Assembly (NCBI GenBank): GCA_963665295.1
Contig: OY762209.1
Span: forward strand, 928,001-992,000
Source of the DNA: Syntrophorhabdaceae bacterium
Lineage (GTDB): Bacteria; Desulfobacterota; Syntrophorhabdia; Syntrophorhabdales; Syntrophorhabdaceae
Reading direction: 5' to 3'
Length of the DNA stretch: 64,000 nt
Position numbers and translations under genes: made by a program. Below, one piece after another: positions 56,737 through 64,000 of the stretch (within the stretch, counting starts at the first letter, position 1; each line of letters starts with the position of its first letter). The notes beneath the pieces were generated by a model. The model saw only the letters and a list, made by a program, of their open reading frames with translations. It had not been told where the DNA came from and ran no database searches.

Positions 56737-58131
56737 TCAGCCATCGATCTCCCCGGACGCCGCCTGGGCGTCCCTCATTCTCTTGAGCACGACCACCGCA
56801 AGATCATCGTACATCTTGCCCTGCCCCACGTGGCGGTATATGTCTTCGAGGAGGGCCTCTCTTGTCTTCTCCGATGAACTGTTCCAGCATCTCCCGACGA
56901 CACCGCACAAACGCTCCACCCCGTACTGATCGCCCGAGCCGTCCTGCGCCTCGGTCACCCCATCGGTGTACAGTACTACCCCGTCTCCCGGGTGAAGGGT
57001 CACCGCCACCTCCCTGACAAAGGAGGAGATGTCCTCTTCGAGGCCTATAGGCATTCCGAGGTCTACCGTGTCTATAAGCTCTACCTTGCCGCCCTCGCGC
57101 ACAATGATAACGTGCTCGTGCTGGCCTACCACCCGGAGGACTCCATTATGGAGGATACACACGATGAGAGAGAGGCTCTTGTCCGTTTTCATGCGCTGCA
57201 CGTTGTGATAGATGGTCCTGTTTATGACATTCATGAACCGGGTGAGGTCGTGCTCCCCATAGGTGAGGAGGGTCCTGATGGCGGTCTGGACCATCAGCAT
57301 GAGGACGCCGCTCTCTAACCCGTGCCCTGTCACGTCTCCTATGCCGATGCCGACAAGCCCGTTATTCTGGTATACATCGTAGTAGTCACCGCCTACCTCG
57401 TCGGCGGGAATCATGAGGCCGCTTATGTCCAGTTCCCTGATATTGCTGAGTTCCTCAGGGGCGGGGAGAATAAGCTGCTGAAGCCTCCGGGTGACGGTCA
57501 ACTCGGCGCTCATGCGGAGGTTTTCCGCCTCGAGCCGCTTGTTGAGGGAGACAATGCTCTTGTTCGCCTCCACCAGTTCTTCCGTTCTCAAGGCCACGCG
57601 CTGCTCGAGCTCCTCCTTGAGCTTGTAAAGCTGACTCGTCCGTTCCAGCACGAGGTCTTCCAGGCGATTCCGATACGTTTCCAGCTCAAGCTCGAGGGTC
57701 TTCCGTTCGTTTATGTCCGTTATGGTCCCGGAGGTCCCTATGATATTGTCCCCTTCGTCCAGTGTGAGCCGGGCATAGACCTCCATCCAGCACGGGCTGC
57801 CGTCCTTGGTGGTATACCTGATGTGATGGCGGCAATAGTCCTTCTTCCTCTCTATGAGAGGGAGAAACCTCTGCTGGTTCAGCTCCCTGTCTTCCGGCCA
57901 GACGTAATTGAGAAAAAGGTTCCCCAGGCTTTCCTCAACCTTGAAACCCGTGACCTCTTCCCAGGCAGGATTAAGGAACGTCCAGAGCCCGGTCGCGTCC
58001 GTTTGAAAAACTATATCTTTGAGGTTATCAACTACCAGACGGTAATTACTCTGACTCTTCCGGAGGGCCTCCTTGGTGCGATCGTGTTTTTCCCTCAGAA
58101 GATCGAGTTCCGATACTTGCGGCTGCATCAT
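56737..58131 (-). CDS. PAS + SpoIIE/PP2C protein phosphatase
   Basis: PAS (FLNPAW...GTITDI), coiled coil, VGGDYYD, GDVTGHG, YTDGVTE, DDLAVVV. Confidence 0.93.
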   Translation of the reverse strand: MMQPQVSELDLLREKHDRTKEALRKSQSNYRLVVDNLKDIVFQTDATGLWTFLNPAWEEVTGFKVEESLGNLFLNYVWPEDRELNQQRFLPLIERKKDYCRHHIRYTTKDGSPCWMEVYARLTLDEGDNIIGTSGTITDINERKTLELELETYRNRLEDLVLERTSQLYKLKEELEQRVALRTEELVEANKSIVSLNKRLEAENLRMSAELTVTRRLQQLILPAPEELSNIRELDISGLMIPADEVGGDYYDVYQNNGLVGIGIGDVTGHGLESGVLMLMVQTAIRTLLTYGEHDLTRFMNVINRTIYHNVQRMKTDKSLSLIVCILHNGVLRVVGQHEHVIIVREGGKVELIDTVDLGMPIGLEEDISSFVREVAVTLHPGDGVVLYTDGVTEAQDGSGDQYGVERLCGVVGRCWNSSSEKTREALLEDIYRHVGQGKMYDDLAVVVLKRMRDAQAASGEIDG

Positions 58132-58364
58132 TCTCGTGTCCCCCTTTTTGTGTCTCTCTTAGGGTTATCGCCGATGAACCTCCGACCTTAAATAACATCC
58201 ATAAAATCAAAGGTGACAAAAGTGTTCTTCTGAGATGAAGGGCATGGCGTTCCTTGTGCCGGGGGTTTCGAACAGGAGGATAATGATCGGGCTTCCTTCG
58301 GGAACCGGCCTCTCCGGCTGGTTCCCTTTAGTCCGTGGCTGGCCCTTGGGGGCCGCACGTGGTC

Positions 58365-59726
58365 TCAGTCGCGCGGCGTCTTCGGCACGGGCGCGCCATG
58401 CACGGGGAAAGGATATTTCCCGGTAAGGCAGGCGTTGCAGAAATTGGGTCCCGCCACTTCCATCATCTCATCGATCTTAAGGTACCGGAAGGTATCGACT
58501 CCCACCAGGTTCCTGAGGTCGTCGTCGGTCCTGTTCGTGGCGAGCAGTTCGCCCGGCTTGGCCATGGCCATCCCCATGAAGCATGGGAAACGGGGGGGCG
58601 GCGCAGTAAGCCGGAAATGGATCTTCCTCGCCCCTGCCTCACGCAGTTTCGGGATGAGGATCATGGCCGTGGACCCTCTCACCAGGAGCGTATCGATGAG
58701 GAAGATATCTTTCCCTCTTATCATCTCCCGGTTGATCTGGAACTTCTTCTCCGCTTTTTCGAGTCTGTCCTTTTCCTTGGAGATTATGAAGATCCTCCCG
58801 ATCTCGCCCACGGTGCTTACCGCTTCTTTGAAAGGTATGCCCGTGACGCTGTGAAAACCCAGGGCCCCGGGAATGGCCGCCCTCGGGATAGGGATGATCA
58901 TGTCCGCCTTCTCGACCTCGTCCACGGCGAGCCTCTTGCCCACCTTTTCCCTGAATTCATAGACATTTTCCGAGAAAACCCGGCTCGCCGAAGAAGCGTA
59001 GTCGAGACATTCGAGGATACAGCGATGGGGCTTGGGTTGTGCGAAAGAGACACTCCGCATTTCCTCACCCTCGATGATCACGATCCGGCCGGGCTCCACG
59101 TCCCCGACCCACTCGAACCTGTCGCCGAAGGCGCAGGTCTCGGAGGCTAAGGCCCACTCGTAGTCCCCTTCTTCACCGCTTCTCCCTATTGAGAGGGGCC
59201 TGAAGCCGAAGGGGTCGCGAGCCGCGATCAATCTCCCCTGGTGGAGTATTATGAGGCTGAAAGCTGCCTCCTTTGAGAGGAGGTCCAGGGTCTTCTGCGT
59301 TTTTTCCACCATATCGGCGCCTTCCGAACGGACGATCATCTGGAGGATCACTTCCGTGTCGGTCTCCGTTTGAAAGAGGCCGCCGATCTTTTCCATCCAG
59401 TACCGGTATCTCGGCATGTGTCCGTTGTGCACAATGGCGATCTTCTCCTTGGCATAACTTCCGATGATGGGCTGTGAGTTCCGTTCGCTCGCCTCTCCCG
59501 CGGTGGGGTAGCGGACATGCCCTATGGCAATGGAACCAAAGTGGAGCCTGCTCAATGGGGGAGCCTGGAAGATCGATCCCGTCCTCCTCATCTCGGCAAA
59601 GGAACCGTCCTTAAGTCCCGACACGATGCCCCAGCTCTCCTGCCCCCTGTGGGAAAGGCTCTCAAGGCCCGTCCTGACTTCGAAGAACGCGTTACCCTTG
59701 CCCATGAATCCGAATATCCCACTCAT
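58365..59726 (-). CDS. purF: Divergent amidophosphoribosyltransferase-like protein
   Basis: HRGQES, GHVRYPTAG, RDPFGFRPL and FCNAC are present, but the N-terminus is MSG (no Cys1) and the PRPP loop is altered. Confidence 0.75.
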   Translation of the reverse strand: MSGIFGFMGKGNAFFEVRTGLESLSHRGQESWGIVSGLKDGSFAEMRRTGSIFQAPPLSRLHFGSIAIGHVRYPTAGEASERNSQPIIGSYAKEKIAIVHNGHMPRYRYWMEKIGGLFQTETDTEVILQMIVRSEGADMVEKTQKTLDLLSKEAAFSLIILHQGRLIAARDPFGFRPLSIGRSGEEGDYEWALASETCAFGDRFEWVGDVEPGRIVIIEGEEMRSVSFAQPKPHRCILECLDYASSASRVFSENVYEFREKVGKRLAVDEVEKADMIIPIPRAAIPGALGFHSVTGIPFKEAVSTVGEIGRIFIISKEKDRLEKAEKKFQINREMIRGKDIFLIDTLLVRGSTAMILIPKLREAGARKIHFRLTAPPPRFPCFMGMAMAKPGELLATNRTDDDLRNLVGVDTFRYLKIDEMMEVAGPNFCNACLTGKYPFPVHGAPVPKTPRD

Positions 59727-59929
59727 CTTTCTTCTCCTTTCGATAGGGGGCCGCCCGTACTCCCGAGTCTCTCAAAACCGGGTATTTCACAAAACTTTGC
59801 GCTGATTTCAAAGGGGAGGTAAGGTTTTGTTATTACGCGAGATAATTTGCTGTCGCCCATATATCGCCTTATCACTATTGTACTTTATTTCGATCTTCAA
59901 ATCCAGCAAAGCTTCCAATGGGCCGTAAA

Positions 59930-59950
59930 GGGAGCAAAGACTTTGCTCCC
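59930..59950 (-). terminator. Hairpin after the DUF4105 gene
   Basis: GGGAGCAAAG-A-CTTTGCTCCC followed by TTT on the minus strand. Confidence 0.5.
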
Positions 59951-60023
59951 ATAGGGCGGTTAAACATCTCCCTGTTTCGAGGTATGCCTCCGTGCAATAT
60001 GCGTTGCCGGGAAAAACGCCCCC

Positions 60024-61982
60024 TCAGAAGTAGACATTGAAGGAGCACCTGAACTCCGTTTGGTAGAACTCCCTGGTCCTGCTTCTTGTGAGGCCCACGG
60101 ATATGCTCGAATCCCTGCTCAGGGAAAAGTTCTGGACCAGGGCCGCCTCGAAGAGGTTGAACCGGTCGCCCAGCCCGTAGTATATGTTCCTCCCGTAGAA
60201 GTGGACCTTCCAGGATTCGGTGAGGTTCTTTATCGACCCCATGGAGGCCCCGGCCCCAAGGGCGTAACTTTCGGAGAATGCGCCGCCCACGCCCAGGTCC
60301 GACTCCATCATGAAGTACGAGAGGCCGAGGAGGCTCGTCTCATGGGCAAAACCGCCGCCGGGATTGAGCCGGTATATCAGGTGATCGTTTCCGTCCTCCA
60401 TGATCCTCTGGGTAAGGCCCGTCCTCACCTTCCACGAGATGGGCCTGAAGAAAAGGTCCCGTGGCGCAAGGGAAAGGATGTCGATAAAATCGAGGCTTTC
60501 CAGTTTCACCTTGTTGTCCGAAGAATAGTATCGGACCGCCGTTTCTCCGAATATGATCTGGGCGCCCTTCTGGTATCCTTTCCCGTTATCGATGAGGTCG
60601 TGGTACACGGGGCGGTACCTGATCTCCTGGAAGGGTTTGCCGCCCTTTGATCCGGCCCCGAAGGAAAGACGCCCCGACCCGTGCCCCTCGTCCGGCCTTG
60701 GCGGCTCGGGAAGGACATATTTCTTCTCTTCCGTCTCTCCCAGGGTGCTCCGTGCCTTCAGAATACTCAGGAACCGGCCGAGGTAGTCCTCCTTCGGCAG
60801 TTCCTTTCTTGTGTAAAGGTACTGCAGATAATCGCCGGCCAGGTCGTATATCTCCGCCTGTTCTTTTTTCGGGATCCCCTGTTCCCCCGGCCGCCCGGCT
60901 TCAGCCTTCCCCTTCGCCAGGGAAAGGGCCGTCTCCCGGTCCTTCCGGGTGAGGGGAGCGGCGGCGGCCTCTATCTTCGATGTCTGGGACGGCCTGTAAG
61001 TCACCTCAGTGACCATGCCCTTTTCCTTCACTATTCTGATGGTATCGAGGGGGACGACCCACCAGCCCGTCCTATCCGTCAGATCGAGGGACGGGCGGGC
61101 GGCGTCAAGAAGAAACAAGAGGTCGTAGGAGCAATTCTCATCAAAGAAATAGTAATCGGAATAGATGGAATCGAGCTCGTACACGTGCATAAGGAGCCGC
61201 ACGGTCTCTTCTTTGCTGAGGTTGAGATGGTATTCCCAGATGTCCCTCTTGTCAAAATCGGAGTATTCCTGGATTTTCGCATAGTATGGGAGGATGGAAA
61301 AGTACCCCTTGTAAAGACCGAGAAGCCCCTTCACCGCAAAGAAGGGGCCGAAGGTTTCCGGCGTCGCCGCCGAATAGTTGATCGCGTGGGCGAGGAGCCT
61401 GTTGCCCGGGGCGGTTTCCACGGTGAGAAAAGTATGGCCGAACATGGACGCAGGGCTGTTGATGTGGGCGGCGGGGAAGACAAGCGAAACCGATTCAGGT
61501 CTGATCTCATCAATCAGGTCGGTGAAGTGCCTGCATTCGGGCACGGGCAGTCGGGATGGGTCGAGGCCGAGCCTCTCCCTGAGCCATGCGTACCTGGCCG
61601 TAAACCGGCACACGGCAGGTTTCCCTCCCTCGTCAGGAGCAGTGAAAAAGGCCTTTATGGTGGCGTCCAGCTCGGCCCGGGGGTTGTACTTGCCGTCGGG
61701 AGCAAGGAAAAACAGGGGGTCATCGATGAGACTTCTCGTGCCGAAGAGGCCCTTCTTGTAGTGCAGGAGGGTGTGCCAGTATTTCTCCTCGTGAAGCTCC
61801 TTCTCGTGGGCTTCTTCAAGGATGGATGCGAGGTAGGAGGAGTTGTCCGCCCCCCATGCATAAAGGACGGGGAGAAGAAAAAGGGCGAGGGAGAAAAGAA
61901 GGGAGATACGGAGTCCAGAAATACCCCGTATCTCCCTGGATGATCCTGCTTTGAAGGCTGACGCCTTAACTTGCGGACACAA
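60024..61982 (-). CDS. DUF4105 (Lnb-like) domain outer-membrane protein
   Basis: YWHTLLHY, SMFGHTFL, RDIWEY, YYFFDENCSY; C-terminal beta-barrel ending in F. Confidence 0.82.
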   Translation of the reverse strand: MCPQVKASAFKAGSSREIRGISGLRISLLFSLALFLLPVLYAWGADNSSYLASILEEAHEKELHEEKYWHTLLHYKKGLFGTRSLIDDPLFFLAPDGKYNPRAELDATIKAFFTAPDEGGKPAVCRFTARYAWLRERLGLDPSRLPVPECRHFTDLIDEIRPESVSLVFPAAHINSPASMFGHTFLTVETAPGNRLLAHAINYSAATPETFGPFFAVKGLLGLYKGYFSILPYYAKIQEYSDFDKRDIWEYHLNLSKEETVRLLMHVYELDSIYSDYYFFDENCSYDLLFLLDAARPSLDLTDRTGWWVVPLDTIRIVKEKGMVTEVTYRPSQTSKIEAAAAPLTRKDRETALSLAKGKAEAGRPGEQGIPKKEQAEIYDLAGDYLQYLYTRKELPKEDYLGRFLSILKARSTLGETEEKKYVLPEPPRPDEGHGSGRLSFGAGSKGGKPFQEIRYRPVYHDLIDNGKGYQKGAQIIFGETAVRYYSSDNKVKLESLDFIDILSLAPRDLFFRPISWKVRTGLTQRIMEDGNDHLIYRLNPGGGFAHETSLLGLSYFMMESDLGVGGAFSESYALGAGASMGSIKNLTESWKVHFYGRNIYYGLGDRFNLFEAALVQNFSLSRDSSISVGLTRSRTREFYQTEFRCSFNVYF

Positions 61983-62433
61983 CCTTCTCTATATTCTTGA
62001 TTACATCGGCGCTGGTCACTGTCTCAGACGTGTAAATGCGGGCGAAATTTGCCTGGAGGGTCGCATTGAACCCTGTGCGTTCCTTTGCGGGGATGCCCGC
62101 GAGGGAAGCGAGGGTGTCTATATATTCGCCCTTGCCTTTCGAAATATCCTTTGCCAGGCTATCCATATTGTCGGCAACGAAGATTTTCAGTTTCTCGTTC
62201 GAAGTAAATTCCCTGTACTGTGTGCAATTCGAGGTCCCCAGGGTTATGCCGAAGGTCTGCGAGCTTAGGCTGGCGTTTGTCGTGACTGCCGACACCTGCG
62301 AAATGAGGCCCTCATTTCCCTCGAAAGCCATGGAGCCGAGGCCGCAGCCGTAATTCCTCTGGTCCGCCAAGGCCGCGCCGCCAAGAGCGGCCACCATAAA
62401 TACGCCGATTAACAAGACTGATAACGTCTTCAC
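61966..62433 (-). CDS. DUF3015 family secreted protein
   Basis: GCGLGS...TTN...QTFGITLGTSNC, NMDSLAKDISKGKGEY; GTG start with RBS GGAGG. Confidence 0.85.
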   Translation of the reverse strand: MKTLSVLLIGVFMVAALGGAALADQRNYGCGLGSMAFEGNEGLISQVSAVTTNASLSSQTFGITLGTSNCTQYREFTSNEKLKIFVADNMDSLAKDISKGKGEYIDTLASLAGIPAKERTGFNATLQANFARIYTSETVTSADVIKNIEKVVSAS

Positions 62434-62553
62434 TGAGCCACCTCCACGTAGAGTAGTTCCTATGCGCACAGTCTATCTACTCAACCGGAGGAAAGTCAAG
62501 CCAAAATAGCGGCCCCACGGTTTTCTCCGTTGCCCGGTCCCTACACGTGCGGC

Positions 62554-63945
62554 TTACGGGAATGGAGCGTCCCCGTTGTCTTCGAGGTAGTCCCGCTCCA
62601 GGTTCGCAAGCCGGTTCATCAGTTGACCGTAGGCCTTGAAAAGAGCGGGCAATTCCCGAAGCCGGTGCTTGCGCATGAGCCTGATCCTGTTCTTCAGGGA
62701 CCGCGACCGCCGGTAAAGCAGGGCGAACTCCTCATAGAAGTCTTTCAGGGGCAGTTTCGTGGGCAGCAGGGCGTGAAAGAAGTCGAAATAGTCGTAGGAG
62801 GAGGCGACAAGGCTGTCTTTGACATCGTGGTAAAGCTCCGTTCCCGGCAAAGGGGTCAACACCGTGAACCCTATGAAGGGCAGCGAGAGCTGGAGGCAAT
62901 ATTTCCGTAAGTCCCTGAAGTCCTGCCGGTCGAAATCGGGCTGGACGATGAATGTGGGAAATATGTCGATACCGAGCCCCTTGAGCATCTGGATCGCCTT
63001 TCCGTTGTTCTCTACCGTGGACCCCTTGCGAATCTGTTTCAGGTCGCGGTCACGGAAGGATTCGAGTCCCACGAAGACCCGCTCCAGGCCCGCCTCCTTC
63101 CAGCGCTCTATGAGGCCCGGATATTTGACGATGGTATCGCTTCTCCCGTAGAGAAAAAACCGTTTTCCCAGCCCCGCCTGTATTATGAGGTCCGCCAGGT
63201 TTTTCATACGCTCCACGTCGAGGAGGGACTCGTCGTCGGCAAAGAATACATACTTCTCCTTGATGGAAGTCATCTCTTCCACGATGCACTCAGGCTTCCT
63301 GGTGAGATAACGACCCCCCGTCTGTTTCCAGAGGGCGCAGAACCGGCACCTGAAGAGGCATCCCTTGGAGGTGCGGATTGACGCCAGGGGCTTCATCCAT
63401 TCGCTGAAATAGGCGTGTCTGTAATCGGCGGTGAGGTCCCTTCGGGGGAAAGGGGCGAGGTCGAGGTCCGCTGCCTCTTCCCCGTTATCGATGAGGATAT
63501 TGCCGTCACCCAGAGCCACGGCCCCGGAGATATCCTTCATATCCCCCTCCTTCTCCAGGCAGGAAACGATCCCCCTGAAAGGGGAGATGCCGTCACCCGC
63601 TACGATGATGTCGATAAAGGGCGTGGAGAAATCCTCGGGCATTACCGTTGCATGGGGCCCTCCGACCACGGTGAGGACAGACGGGTTATGGGCTTTGACC
63701 TGCCGGAAGAGCCTCTTTACCGTCTCCACGTGCACCGTGTAGGAGGTGATACCCACAATGTCGGGCCTGTATTCATCAAGGACCGGGGCGAGGTCGTGGT
63801 CGATGCGCATGTCGAGGATGCGGATCTCGTGGTCCCCGGACAGGGCAGCGGCAAGGTATTCGAGGGCAAGGGGCTCGAAAATGGAGAAATCCTCACCCCC
63901 GATCGCCTTTTCCGGCTTTGCCGGTTGTATGAGCAATATCTTCAA
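62554..63945 (-). CDS. B12-binding radical SAM methyltransferase (HpnR-like)
   Basis: EPLALEYLAA, VGGPHAT, GCLFRCRFC, FFADDE, HALLPTKLPL. The TTG start overlaps the TGA of a partial upstream ORF at the window edge. Confidence 0.85.
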   Translation of the reverse strand: MKILLIQPAKPEKAIGGEDFSIFEPLALEYLAAALSGDHEIRILDMRIDHDLAPVLDEYRPDIVGITSYTVHVETVKRLFRQVKAHNPSVLTVVGGPHATVMPEDFSTPFIDIIVAGDGISPFRGIVSCLEKEGDMKDISGAVALGDGNILIDNGEEAADLDLAPFPRRDLTADYRHAYFSEWMKPLASIRTSKGCLFRCRFCALWKQTGGRYLTRKPECIVEEMTSIKEKYVFFADDESLLDVERMKNLADLIIQAGLGKRFFLYGRSDTIVKYPGLIERWKEAGLERVFVGLESFRDRDLKQIRKGSTVENNGKAIQMLKGLGIDIFPTFIVQPDFDRQDFRDLRKYCLQLSLPFIGFTVLTPLPGTELYHDVKDSLVASSYDYFDFFHALLPTKLPLKDFYEEFALLYRRSRSLKNRIRLMRKHRLRELPALFKAYGQLMNRLANLERDYLEDNGDAPFP

Positions 63946-64000
63946 AGGTCCGTCCTCGCGAGCCCCTTGAGGCAAAGGGCCGCCACGGAAGCGAGCCACT

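Overview
This is a GC-rich bacterial chromosome segment. Gene content and style suggest an anaerobic deltaproteobacterium such as a Syntrophorhabdus-like organism (inference). Core blocks are tRNA-Lys/tRNA-Glu, rpmH-rnpA-yidD-yidC-jag-mnmE (no adjacent dnaA), a xanthine-dehydrogenase-family operon, phoU-pstSCAB1B2 running into molybdopterin biosynthesis genes, a PP2C/kinase/STAS/HD-GYP signalling operon, a divergent purF, DUF3015-DUF4105 and a B12 radical SAM gene. Two accessory regions stand out. (1) About 4-14.4 kb is a ladder of segments downstream of tRNA-Glu, delimited by repeated tRNA 3' ends (att copies at 14420, 9784, 5760). It carries arm-type repeats, a truncated tyrosine integrase, low-GC cargo and an array of signal-peptide proteins with 11-residue RTX-like repeats. 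(2) About 36.5-44.4 kb is a mosaic bracketed by about 170-bp inverted repeats, with attC-like hairpins, an IS3 element splitting a lipoprotein gene, and a type II R-M pair between 113-bp direct repeats. Other highlights are an NLR-like NB-ARC protein with ten near-identical 42-aa TPRs and a PstB pair with complementary degenerate ATP motifs. All calls come from reading the sequence by eye; no database searches were run.
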